Positions 1-8,739 of a stretch of 64,000 bases of DNA are shown one piece after another. The notes below the pieces were generated by a model. That model worked only from the letters and a program-made list of their open reading frames with translations, was not told where the DNA came from and did not search any database. Positions within the stretch are counted from its first letter, which is position 1, and each line of letters starts with the position of its first letter. The position numbers were made by a program, and so were the translations under genes. Source of the stretch: an uncultured Bacteroidota bacterium (lineage in GTDB: Bacteria; Bacteroidota; Rhodothermia; Rhodothermales; Salinibacteraceae); contig CAJXKO010000008.1 of the NCBI GenBank assembly GCA_913055845.1, forward strand, positions 2,881-66,880, in the 5' to 3' direction.

Positions 1-1769
1 AGCTTACCAACTACTTCACCGAGAACTGGGCCGATGCTCTCGACGGGCTCCGCACGCCCTACTTCACGAAGGAGGTCTTCGACAATTCGTATCCGGGCTA
101 CGGCTCGACCTACCCGAACATGCAGGGCGGGATCGGCTTCGTCTTCGAGCAGGCCAGCTCCCGCGGGCACCGGCAGCAGAGCGAGACGCGAACCGTGACG
201 TTTCCGTACACCATTCGGAACCACCTCCGCAACTCGTTGGCCACGGTCGAGACGGCCATCGAGCAGAAAGAGGTCTTCTTGCGGCACCAGCGCACGTTCT
301 TCGAGGAGGCCCTGAGCCGGGCCGAAGAGTTCCCGACCGACGCCTACGTCTTCGGCCATGCGCAGGATACCTCGCGGGTCCGGGCGTTCCTCGACCTTCT
401 GCTGCGGCACGAGATTGACGTCTACGAGCTCGGCGGTTCGTACTCGGCCGACGGCACGACGTACGAGCCCGGCTCGGCCTACGTGGTGCCCACGCGCCAG
501 CCGCAGTATTTGATGGTGCGGTCGATGTTCGAGAAAGTGACGAGCTTCCCCGACAGCACCTTCTACGACACCTCGGCGTGGTCGGCGGCGCTCTCGTACG
601 GCCTGCCCCACGCGGCGGTGCAGGATGGAGGCGTGCCCCGGGGCGACCAGGTCTCGGCGGTGCCGGGGCGCGAGGGGCTGGGCCGGGTGGCACAGCCCGC
701 CGTGGCCTACCTGCTCGACTGGGGGGACTACCGGGCGGCGGAGGCCCTCCACGTGCTTCACGAGCACGACCTTACGACGAAGACGGCCTACGAGCCGTTC
801 GAGATTACGACCCACGGGGGCGCCCGCTCGTATCCCCGCGGGACGATTCAGGTGCCGGTGCAGCCGCAAACAATCGCGCCCGACAGCCTACACCGAATCA
901 TGGAGCGGGTCGAGCGGGAGGCCCGCGTCAACGTTCAGGCCGCCCCCACGAGCCTGAGCCGCGACGGCGTCGACCTGGGGAGCGGCGCCTTCGAGCCGCT
1001 CGACGCGCCGAAGCCGCTCATGCTGGTGGGCGAGGGCGTGTCGGCGTACGAGGCGGGCGAGGTGTGGCACCTGCTCGACACCCGGGTACACATGCCCATC
1101 ACGAAGGTAGACCGTTCGGACGTCGGCCGCGTCGACCTGTCCGACTACAACACGATGGTCCTCGTGTCCGGCAACTATGGCTTCCTGGAGGACGAGCAGG
1201 TGGAGGCCCTACGGCGCTGGATCGGGGCGGGCGGGACGCTCATCACCATCCGCGGGGCCACCGAGTGGGCGGTGGAGGAGGGGCTGGTCAACGACTCCGC
1301 GCTCGTGGCGGCGGATCCCTCCGGCGCCCCGTCTAAGGGCGCCGACACCGAAAGGGAGCGCTACGACTACGCCACGGCCGACGAGCGGGCCGGTGCCCAG
1401 CGCATCGGCGGGTCGATCTACGAGGTGGACCTCGACCACACCCATCCCCTTGCGTTTGGCCTCACGCAGGATCGGTTTCCCGTCTATCGCAACCACGACA
1501 TCTTCCTGCCCCCCACGGCCAATCCGTACAGCACGGTGGCCCGCTACACCGACGCTCCCCGGCTCAGCGGGTACGTCTCGGAGAAGAATCTGGAGCGCAT
1601 CCGCGGCGGCGGGTCGCTTCTCGTGGACGACGTGAGGGAGGGGCGAATCGTCCTGTTCGTCGACAATCCGAACTTCCGGGGCATGTGGTACGGGACGAAC
1701 CGGCTTTTCCTGAACGCCCTCTTCTTCGGCCCCACGATTGAGGTGCCCGCGGCAACGGGGTACGAATAG
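1..1769 (+). CDS. M14-type metallocarboxypeptidase-like protein, C-terminal part (5' end lies upstream of the window)
   Basis: The frame is open from the window edge (in phase with nt 3) to TAG 1767-1769. Listed ORF 120..1769 is only its internal-Met part. The YPGYGSTYPNMQGGIGFVFEQASSRG segment plus a long C-terminal domain resembles large Bacteroidota M14-like proteins. Family call is from memory, not a search. Confidence 0.5.
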   Translation, partial: LTNYFTENWADALDGLRTPYFTKEVFDNSYPGYGSTYPNMQGGIGFVFEQASSRGHRQQSETRTVTFPYTIRNHLRNSLATVETAIEQKEVFLRHQRTFFEEALSRAEEFPTDAYVFGHAQDTSRVRAFLDLLLRHEIDVYELGGSYSADGTTYEPGSAYVVPTRQPQYLMVRSMFEKVTSFPDSTFYDTSAWSAALSYGLPHAAVQDGGVPRGDQVSAVPGREGLGRVAQPAVAYLLDWGDYRAAEALHVLHEHDLTTKTAYEPFEITTHGGARSYPRGTIQVPVQPQTIAPDSLHRIMERVEREARVNVQAAPTSLSRDGVDLGSGAFEPLDAPKPLMLVGEGVSAYEAGEVWHLLDTRVHMPITKVDRSDVGRVDLSDYNTMVLVSGNYGFLEDEQVEALRRWIGAGGTLITIRGATEWAVEEGLVNDSALVAADPSGAPSKGADTERERYDYATADERAGAQRIGGSIYEVDLDHTHPLAFGLTQDRFPVYRNHDIFLPPTANPYSTVARYTDAPRLSGYVSEKNLERIRGGGSLLVDDVREGRIVLFVDNPNFRGMWYGTNRLFLNALFFGPTIEVPAATGYE

Positions 1770-1816
1770 GGACCCAGTGAGGGTGTCCTGCGCGCACAGG
1801 CAGGACGACTGGAGAG

Positions 1817-2467
1817 TTACTGGCGCCGCACCGGCCAGGCGCCGGCGGGCAGCTTGGGGGCATACCGGTCGAGGGCCTGCCGCACCGCCACGGAGTCGAA
1901 GGTCCCCACCACCACGCGGTACAGGGTTGAGTCGCCTTTGGAGACGGGCGTCATGTCCACCGACAACTGCGCCTCCGAAAAGCCCTTCCGGTATCTCTGC
2001 ATGAGCGATCGGGCGGCGGTCGGGTCGGTCATGGTCCCTACCGCAATTCCCCATGTGCCGCCCCCCCGGCCCAGCGCCACGCGTCCGCCCTGATCGGCGT
2101 CGGGGTCGCGGGGGGCGTAGAGCCGCTCGGTCATGAGCGTGCGCCGGTTCCACCGTGGGCGCCGCTGGGCCTGCTGGCGGTAATAGTAGGTGGCCGAAGA
2201 GTCGACGCGCCAGTCGACGAGCACGTAGTCCCGGCGTTCGAGCCAGGCCTGCTCGGTGCTGTCGAGCGGTTCAAACCGGAACGCCCCCATGGGCATTTCC
2301 CACGCTAGCAGTCGGGCCTGTACCGTGTCGGGCGATCCGTAGGCGGGGGGCTCGCCGGTGGCGGCGCGCAGGGCCCCGGGCGGCGTGTCCTGGCACCCGC
2401 CCCAGAGCAGGAGGGCCGCGAGAAGTAGGACGGGCAAAAAGCGGGAGGGGGAAGGGGCGCAGCACAT
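1817..2467 (-). CDS. SPOR-domain lipoprotein
   Basis: ORF 1817..2536. I moved the start to ATG 2467, giving MCCAPSPSRFLPVLLLAALLLWGGC (signal peptide plus lipobox). The C-terminal STLYRVVVGTFDSVAVRQAL region is SPOR-like. Confidence 0.6.
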   Translation of the reverse strand: MCCAPSPSRFLPVLLLAALLLWGGCQDTPPGALRAATGEPPAYGSPDTVQARLLAWEMPMGAFRFEPLDSTEQAWLERRDYVLVDWRVDSSATYYYRQQAQRRPRWNRRTLMTERLYAPRDPDADQGGRVALGRGGGTWGIAVGTMTDPTAARSLMQRYRKGFSEAQLSVDMTPVSKGDSTLYRVVVGTFDSVAVRQALDRYAPKLPAGAWPVRRQ

Positions 2468-3140
2468 GGGACGCGTGATTGACGCCGCGAATTTACGAGG
2501 ACTGTGGTCGTGGGGTGGGGCGTGGGTAGACATCAACCGGTCGCAACATGGTTCCTTTATGGGGGCCGGATGGGACGCTCTTTAGCCGGGGGGCTCTCTT
2601 TAGCAGACCTCTGCGTCCACCGTCGGCCTCCGAAGCGCCCGCCCGGCAGAAATCTGTCGTGTCATGGGGCGAGCAATCCCCTCGTCGTGCAACCGACCGC
2701 CGACGCTGTGACGGCGGGCGGCACGTGCCGAGAGACAATTCCTTTCGGGGCCTCTCCGTCGGGGGGACCTTGCGCGTCAAAAGCATACGAACCATTTTCC
2801 GCTTTCGAAAGAACTCGGCACTGGCAGGTCGGGGCTACCTGGGACGGCTTCGCCCAGGCCGTTCGAGGTGCAGGAGAAACGCCTCCGGACGAACGGAAGC
2901 GCTTTTGATCCGAGACTTCGCATAGGCTTCACGGAATTGGTTTCTAGCCTTTCCCGCTCCGTTTCTACTCTTAGTGATGGTTGAACTGTACTCAACATCC
3001 GCACCGAAGCGGCCTGCATATCGCTTGGCATCTCTGTTGCAGGCGTGGCTGATGGGCGTGCGGCGCACTCCGATCCTCCTTACGGATCCTCACGGAAGAC
3101 CTTGACGGGCGCGCGCAGGGCTTCTATTCGGGAGCGTCCC

Positions 3141-3171
3141 GACTGAGGCTCCTGGACTGAGGCTCCTGGAC
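3141..3171. repeat. Perfect 14-nt tandem duplication GACTGAGGCTCCTG x2 plus partial third copy (GAC)
   Basis: Read directly: 3141-3154 and 3155-3168 are identical, and 3169-3171 repeats the first 3 nt. Lies in the non-coding gap upstream of the WecA-like gene. Confidence 0.9.
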
Positions 3172-3314
3172 CAAGACGATTTCCGTACCGGAACGTCCGG
3201 TGAGGGGAGGCCCCCTCGGAGACTGGCGGGGCGCTGGCTTTCCGCAGTGCACCGTTGTGTCCACCAGCCGAGCGCGTACCCTTTACCACCTGGCGCGTGC
3301 GCTAGAAATTTATT

Positions 3315-5183
3315 ATGGACCTGCTCTTTTCGGATGCCGCCCACACCCTGTGGGCCGGCGCCGTGTCCTTTCTTGTCGGCCTGGGACTCACGCCCGCGCT
3401 GGGGCGGTGGGCCCGGCGCCTCGACCTGGTCGACCGGCCGAGTGAAGACCGGTGGGGGCGGCGCCCTGTGGCCCTTCTCGGGGGAATGGCCATCGCCGGC
3501 GGACTCACGGCGGGCGTGCTCTGGGCGGGGGCGCAGTCGGTGTGGTCGTGGCCGGTGTGGGCCGGGGCGCTTCTCATGTTTGGGCTCGGGCTGGCCGATG
3601 ACCTGCGCGGGGTGACGCCCGTGATCAAGGTTCTCGGTCAGGTTGTGGCGGCGGCGCTGGTCCTGTACGCCGGGCTTGCCTTTTGGCGCGGCGGGCCGCT
3701 CTGGGTCTTTACCCCGCTCACGTTTTTGTGGGTGATCGGGGTCACCAACGCTGTCAACCTGATCGACGGCATCGATGGTCTTGCGGGCGGCGTGACGGCG
3801 GTCGCCGCCGCAACGCTCGCCGTCATTAGCGGGATTCTTGGGCACTGGCCGTTGGCCGCCGTGATGGCGGCCGTGGCGGGTGGGAGCCTGGGCTACCTCC
3901 CGTACAACGCCCCGCCGGCGCAGATTTTTATGGGGGACTGTGGGAGCCTGTTGCTTGGATACCTGCTGGCGGTCGGGGCCCTTGGCGTACAGGGCAGTGG
4001 GGAGCCGGTCGTCGGGACGCTCGTGCCGATTGCCGTCCTCGCGGTCCCCATTGCGGATACGACGTTTGTGACGATCACGCGCCTGCTGCGGGGGCAGTCG
4101 ATTCGAGACGGCGGCACCGACCACGTGCACCATCGGCTCGTGAAGCTCGGCTTTTCGGAGGGGGAGGCCGTGCTACTGCTCTGTGGGGCAAGTGGGCTGT
4201 TTGGGGCACTTGCGCTGTCCACATTCTGGATGGAAACTGCCCTGGTGTTGGCCCTGGCGGCCCTGGTCGCCGTGGCCCTGGCCGTGTTTGGGGTATACCT
4301 GGCCACGACCGGCGCCTACGCGGCCCCCGGCGCCTCGCGCACCCTCAGCACCAGTCAGCGCGTAGGGTCGTTTCTGCGGACCTACGGGGGCGGGGCCTCC
4401 TGGAAGGCCGTGGTGGGCATGATTGCGGACTTGCTCCTGGTTGGGGCTGCCTTTGTCGTGGCAATCCACCTGCGGCACGGGGGCGCGCCGCCGCCCGCCG
4501 TGTCTGACCTCGCCATGCAGGCGTTGCCGGCCCTCATCGTGGCCAAACTGGGGGTGTTCTACGCCGCGGGGCTCTATCAGGGCATCTGGTCGCACGCGGG
4601 GACGCCGGAAGTGCTGCGCCTCATCCTGGCCTCCATGGGTGGCTCTCTGGTCGTGGGGGCCGGGCTTTGGGGCTGGGCCGGTGCCGCGCCCGTAGCCCTC
4701 CTCATTATCGACTGGGGCATCACGACGCTGGTTGTAGGGGGCGTGCGGTTCGGCTTCCGGGCGTTGCGTCAGTCGGTGGTGGCGCACCAGGCGGCGGGGC
4801 GGCGCATTCTTCTGTACGGCAGTGGAGCCGACGAAATGCTGGCCCTGCGCTCGCTTCGCCGTTGGCCCGACGGCAATTTTGCGGTCGTCGGACTCCTGGA
4901 ACAGGACGAGCGGCGCCACGGCCAGCGTGTGCAGGGAGTGGAGGTCCTGGGGGGCGTGGCGGACCTATCCGCACTCTGTACCGATCGCGACGTCGACGAA
5001 GTCGTCGTGCCTGAGGGGGCGACCGATGAGGAGACGCGGCGCCGCATTCGGGCGCAGTGCCAGGAGGCAGGCGTGCCGTGTCGGTACTTTACCGTTGCGC
5101 TCCGGTCTCCTGAGGAGGCCGACTCGCCCTCCCTGTCCCGCGCTCCGGGCGACGGCGCGCCCACCCGCTCGTCGTCGGCGTAG
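3315..5183 (+). CDS. MraY/WecA-family (GT4) polyprenyl-phosphate HexNAc-1-phosphate transferase fused to a C-terminal TM plus Rossmann-like module
   Basis: 622-aa ORF. The multi-TM N-terminal half carries NAVNLIDGIDGLAGG, typical of MraY/WecA. The C-terminal ~250 aa add further TM segments and RILLYGSGADEMLAL...FAVVGLLEQDERRHGQRVQGVEVLG, which resembles the N-terminal module of WbaP/CapD-type proteins. Confidence 0.8.
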   Translation: MDLLFSDAAHTLWAGAVSFLVGLGLTPALGRWARRLDLVDRPSEDRWGRRPVALLGGMAIAGGLTAGVLWAGAQSVWSWPVWAGALLMFGLGLADDLRGVTPVIKVLGQVVAAALVLYAGLAFWRGGPLWVFTPLTFLWVIGVTNAVNLIDGIDGLAGGVTAVAAATLAVISGILGHWPLAAVMAAVAGGSLGYLPYNAPPAQIFMGDCGSLLLGYLLAVGALGVQGSGEPVVGTLVPIAVLAVPIADTTFVTITRLLRGQSIRDGGTDHVHHRLVKLGFSEGEAVLLLCGASGLFGALALSTFWMETALVLALAALVAVALAVFGVYLATTGAYAAPGASRTLSTSQRVGSFLRTYGGGASWKAVVGMIADLLLVGAAFVVAIHLRHGGAPPPAVSDLAMQALPALIVAKLGVFYAAGLYQGIWSHAGTPEVLRLILASMGGSLVVGAGLWGWAGAAPVALLIIDWGITTLVVGGVRFGFRALRQSVVAHQAAGRRILLYGSGADEMLALRSLRRWPDGNFAVVGLLEQDERRHGQRVQGVEVLGGVADLSALCTDRDVDEVVVPEGATDEETRRRIRAQCQEAGVPCRYFTVALRSPEEADSPSLSRAPGDGAPTRSSSA

Positions 5184-5438
5184 AAGGCCTGGTCGTAACG
5201 CCTCTACTGGGGGCGTGTCGATACCCGCGGCTCCGAAGGCGGGACGAGAGGGCCGACGTCCTGCAGAGGGCCTTTGCTGGGGCGGCTGTTTGTAGGCAGG
5301 CATCTTGCGAGAAGCCTCCTGCGGACAGATGTCCGGCGAGAAGAACCGCCCGAGTGGCCCCAAGGGCGCGCTACGGGACGCGACTCGTCCGCCCAGCCCC
5401 CCTGTTTTTGCTTTTCCCCGATACGCTTCGAGGCTCCG

Positions 5439-6287
5439 ATGTGTACACTGCTACGGCACGGACTCTTCGCCACAATTTCTGGGCTCATCCTGGTCCTCGG
5501 GGCCGTGGTGCCCTGCGGGGCGGACGCCCAGTCCCTGCGGACTCACCTGCCGCGCTCCATCAATGAGTCCGCCGGGCTGGGGTATGCAGGGGGCGAAATT
5601 GCGGGGGAGGGGCATGGGGGACAAGGGCCCGCGCCGGCCCTCACCGCCGGTACGCCGACGGCCTACGGGGCCGAGTTGGGGGATGTCTTCGGAGGGGTCG
5701 CCTACCAGCGCTACCTGGCGGCGGGCATTCCCGAGAGAGATGATGGGGCAGCGTTCATCGGCGTAGGCATAGGTGATGCGCACGAGGCTGTCGGCCTCGA
5801 ACTCACGTACGCGCCATACGATTTGGTGGAAGAGCCCCTCAGCGACGGAAGCGTGAGCCTGAAAATTCACCGCCACCTTTACAGGGGACTGGCCATCGCC
5901 GTGGGAATGGAAGACCTGATCCGCTACGGCGACCGCATTAGTGGAAGCGCCTACGTCGTGGCGAGCCAGACGGTCCGGGTGAACAGGGGCGTGCTGACTG
6001 GCATGTCGGCCACCCTGGGCGTGGGGGACGGGCGCTTCAACACCATGGAGAATCTCTCATCAGGGACGAACGCGGCCGGCGTGTTCGGGGGACTCAGCGC
6101 CCAGTTTGCCGACCGCGTACACGTGCTGGGCACCTGGCACGGGCAGGATCTCAATGTTGGAGGGTCGTTCGTGGTGCCGGGCCCCGTTCCCATGACGGTC
6201 ACGCCGGTCTGGGTGAACGTGCTCGACGAGCACGTGGATGGCCATCGATTTGCCATAAGCGTAGGGACGAGCGTCCAGGTCCTCTGA
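5439..6287 (+). CDS. Hypothetical secreted or outer-membrane protein
   Basis: ORF 5274..6287. I moved the start to ATG 5439, which gives the signal peptide MCTLLRHGLFATISGLILVLGAVVPCGADAQS. Gly/Ala-rich with beta-strand-like alternation. No family recognised with confidence (possibly YjbH-like). Confidence 0.5.
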   Translation: MCTLLRHGLFATISGLILVLGAVVPCGADAQSLRTHLPRSINESAGLGYAGGEIAGEGHGGQGPAPALTAGTPTAYGAELGDVFGGVAYQRYLAAGIPERDDGAAFIGVGIGDAHEAVGLELTYAPYDLVEEPLSDGSVSLKIHRHLYRGLAIAVGMEDLIRYGDRISGSAYVVASQTVRVNRGVLTGMSATLGVGDGRFNTMENLSSGTNAAGVFGGLSAQFADRVHVLGTWHGQDLNVGGSFVVPGPVPMTVTPVWVNVLDEHVDGHRFAISVGTSVQVL

Positions 6288-6557
6288 CGTGTCCTGGGGA
6301 AGCGGGGCAGCTCCACTCTCCCGAAGGACGAAGCGACGCGGGGTGGTCCCGGTAAAATCACCCGGAAGCTCTCCAATCCTACGGATGCTCCGTGCTCGTG
6401 GGCTGGTCCCCAGCCGATCTTCGATTCCCGGAGGGGAGGTCTGAGGGCTCCGCAGGGGGCAGGGACGGGCTGTTGCGGGATGGAGACAGAACAGCAGGTC
6501 CCCTGATTCGGGGCCGGAGGGCCGTTGCCGTGTGGCGTATCTGGGAGTCAACAGCGA

Positions 6558-7343
6558 CTACCACTGGGCAAAAACGCCCAAGGTGCCACCCGTGTGTTGA
6601 AACACCTCGTCGTCACTGTACCGAACGGCGGCGGTTACCCCAACCCCCGACGTGAGGAAATGCCGAAGGCGCACGCTCACAAAAAAGGTGCGCGTCACCA
6701 GTATCTCAGAGCGTGAATTGATGGGTTCGACGCTCCTCCCAAGCCCGCCCTCCACGTCGACGTAGGAGAGGGAAGAGGCCGGGCCGTAGAAGCGACGTGC
6801 GCCAATGCGCTGGGCAACGGCCCATGTATCCGGTCGAGGCCCGAGGGCGGTGCGCGTTCGAAGGTACCACGAGCCCACGTACCGACCGAGGCCAGGCCCG
6901 AACTGATGAACGTCCTCGCTCCGGTATCGCCGCCAGCTATACCGCCCCGATAGCTCCCACGCCCCGACAGATTGAAAGACGCCGGACTGAAGGGTCCCCT
7001 GGGGCCGGACATCTGCGGTTGGGCTGAGGCCCGCTTTCACGTGCCCGTAGGCCCCGGCCCAGAGATCGGGCCATGCGTCGATCTGCAGGCCCCCGTCCGT
7101 GGTGCCGAAGCGCTGCTGCCGGATGACGGTCGCCATTAGCGTTCCGTGGGATGTCTCTCGTTTGAGAGAGACAGTCCACCGGCGCCAGTTCTGCCTCCCT
7201 TCCGAGAGGCGGTCATAATCGTAGCGCGTGGCCGTCTCCCAGACGCGCTCAGTCAACCCAGGGTGCTGGGCGGCCGTCTGCCTCGCGCCTCCGAAGGCCA
7301 CGACGCACATCAGTGCGGCAAAAAGCAGGGCGTGATTACGCAT
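6558..7343 (-). CDS. YaiO-like outer-membrane beta-barrel protein
   Basis: ORF 6558..7595. I moved the start to ATG 7343 (MRNHALLFAALMCVVAFGGARQTAAQ signal peptide), 2 nt after the TAA of the upstream GT2 gene. Aromatic-rich alternating strands, RFGTTDGGLQIDAWPDLW segment, C-terminal ...GVFAQW. YaiO assignment is from memory of the family pattern. Confidence 0.55.
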   Translation of the reverse strand: MRNHALLFAALMCVVAFGGARQTAAQHPGLTERVWETATRYDYDRLSEGRQNWRRWTVSLKRETSHGTLMATVIRQQRFGTTDGGLQIDAWPDLWAGAYGHVKAGLSPTADVRPQGTLQSGVFQSVGAWELSGRYSWRRYRSEDVHQFGPGLGRYVGSWYLRTRTALGPRPDTWAVAQRIGARRFYGPASSLSYVDVEGGLGRSVEPINSRSEILVTRTFFVSVRLRHFLTSGVGVTAAVRYSDDEVFQHTGGTLGVFAQW

Positions 7344-8739
7344 TGGAAGTATTGAATCCTGTCCGTTCGATTGTGCCCCACTCCTCCTTGCTGCGGAGAT
7401 ACGACCACAGGCCCTTGATTCGCCACCAGGCGTTGAGCTGGCGATAGCCAAAGTTGTCGAGGATGGAGAGAAGAAGAAGCTGGAGAAGATCCGACGTCTT
7501 TTGGTATCGGTGAAAAGAAAGTTCTTCCATGGCCACGGCACTGAGCGAGAGCGCCATCCCGAGGGCGAAGGCGACCAGGAAAAATGCCAGGGCAATCGGC
7601 GCCGAGAGAGTACCGGTCGCCAGGGCGACGACGAACCAGGCGTATCCCAGAAATTCGAGAATCACGCCGAAGGTCTCCAGAAAGTAGAAGAATGGATACG
7701 CCAGCAGGCCGACCCGACCGTAGCGCGGGTTCAAGAGCATCCGCTGATGGCGAATCATCGAGTCCACCATTCCCCGGTGCCACCGATCGCGCTGACTCCC
7801 CAGGCCGGAAAGGGTCGACGGCACTTCTGTCCAGGCGACCGGATCGGGAATGAAGCGGACCCGATACTCTTCCCCTCTCTCTCGGAGCCACCGATGCATC
7901 CGAAGCACCAGCTCTAGGTCCTCCGTCACGCTATCAGTTTCGTATCCCCCGACCTCCACAACCGTCTCACGGCGAAACATCCCGAACGCACCTGAAATGA
8001 TGACCATTGCCCCGAGCGTGTCCCACCCGAGGCGCCCGAAAAAGAACGCACGGAGGTACTCGACGACCTGGAGTTTCGAGAGCAGTCTTTGAGGCATCGA
8101 TACGTTCTGAACACGGCCGGACTGGATTGTGCAGCCGTTCGCGACGCGAATGATGCCCCCCACTGCCACAGTGGAGGTGTTTTCCAGAAAGGGACGCACT
8201 ATGCGAATAAGCCCTTCCCGCTCCACAATTGTGTCCGCGTCCATCGCACAGAAGAAAGACGTCTCGCAGAAGTTGACTCCTGCGTTTAGGGCATCGGCTT
8301 TCCCGCCGTTTTCCTTGTCGATGACCCAGAGGTCTGGATGAGTACGGCTCCGGTAGACCTGTCGGATCGACTCGGTCGGCAGGTCGCTCGTCGGGGGGCG
8401 CGAGGTCGGCTGGAGTTTGAACGTGTTGCGTAGTCGTTCGAGTGTGGCGTCGGTCGACCCATCGTTCACCACCAAGACCTCAAAGTTTGGGTAGTCGACG
8501 TTCAGGAAGGCACGGATTGACGCGACACAGGTCGACTCCTCATTGTAGGTTGGGGCAATGAGGGTAATGGAGGGGAGGCTTTCCGAGGCGAGCGCCTCTT
8601 CGGGGTTGTAGGCATCGAGCACGTAGCGGTATCGCACCACTCCCCAAAACGTGATGATGCTCATGAAGACGTACCCCCCATTTAGGACCACGAAGTAGCC
8701 GATCAGTACGTACGTGGTCCACTGTAGCAGCGCGTTCAT
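7336..8739 (-). CDS. Processive family-2 glycosyltransferase (PgaC/IcaA/BcsA/NodC-type polysaccharide synthase)
   Basis: 467 aa. One N-terminal and several C-terminal TM segments. Motifs seen: VVNDGSTDAT, GGKADALNAG, AMDADT, SVTEDLEL (TED) and QRDRWHRG (Q-x-x-R-W). Confidence 0.85.
   Translation of the reverse strand: MNALLQWTTYVLIGYFVVLNGGYVFMSIITFWGVVRYRYVLDAYNPEEALASESLPSITLIAPTYNEESTCVASIRAFLNVDYPNFEVLVVNDGSTDATLERLRNTFKLQPTSRPPTSDLPTESIRQVYRSRTHPDLWVIDKENGGKADALNAGVNFCETSFFCAMDADTIVEREGLIRIVRPFLENTSTVAVGGIIRVANGCTIQSGRVQNVSMPQRLLSKLQVVEYLRAFFFGRLGWDTLGAMVIISGAFGMFRRETVVEVGGYETDSVTEDLELVLRMHRWLRERGEEYRVRFIPDPVAWTEVPSTLSGLGSQRDRWHRGMVDSMIRHQRMLLNPRYGRVGLLAYPFFYFLETFGVILEFLGYAWFVVALATGTLSAPIALAFFLVAFALGMALSLSAVAMEELSFHRYQKTSDLLQLLLLSILDNFGYRQLNAWWRIKGLWSYLRSKEEWGTIERTGFNTSNA

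Noticed and set aside
2537-3314. Possible tmRNA, RNase P RNA or SRP RNA in the long gap. Cues were GGGGCTACCTGGGACGGCTTCG at about 2831 and TGCAACAGAGA on the minus strand.
   Set aside because: No tRNA-like 3' end (GGTTCGAnTCC...CCACCA) and no ANDxxALAA-type tag frame for tmRNA. No GAGGAAAGTCCGGGC or ACAGAAnCCGGCTTA boxes for RNase P. No GGAAGCAGC core for SRP RNA. The short matches are coincidental. The gap remains unexplained (see findings).
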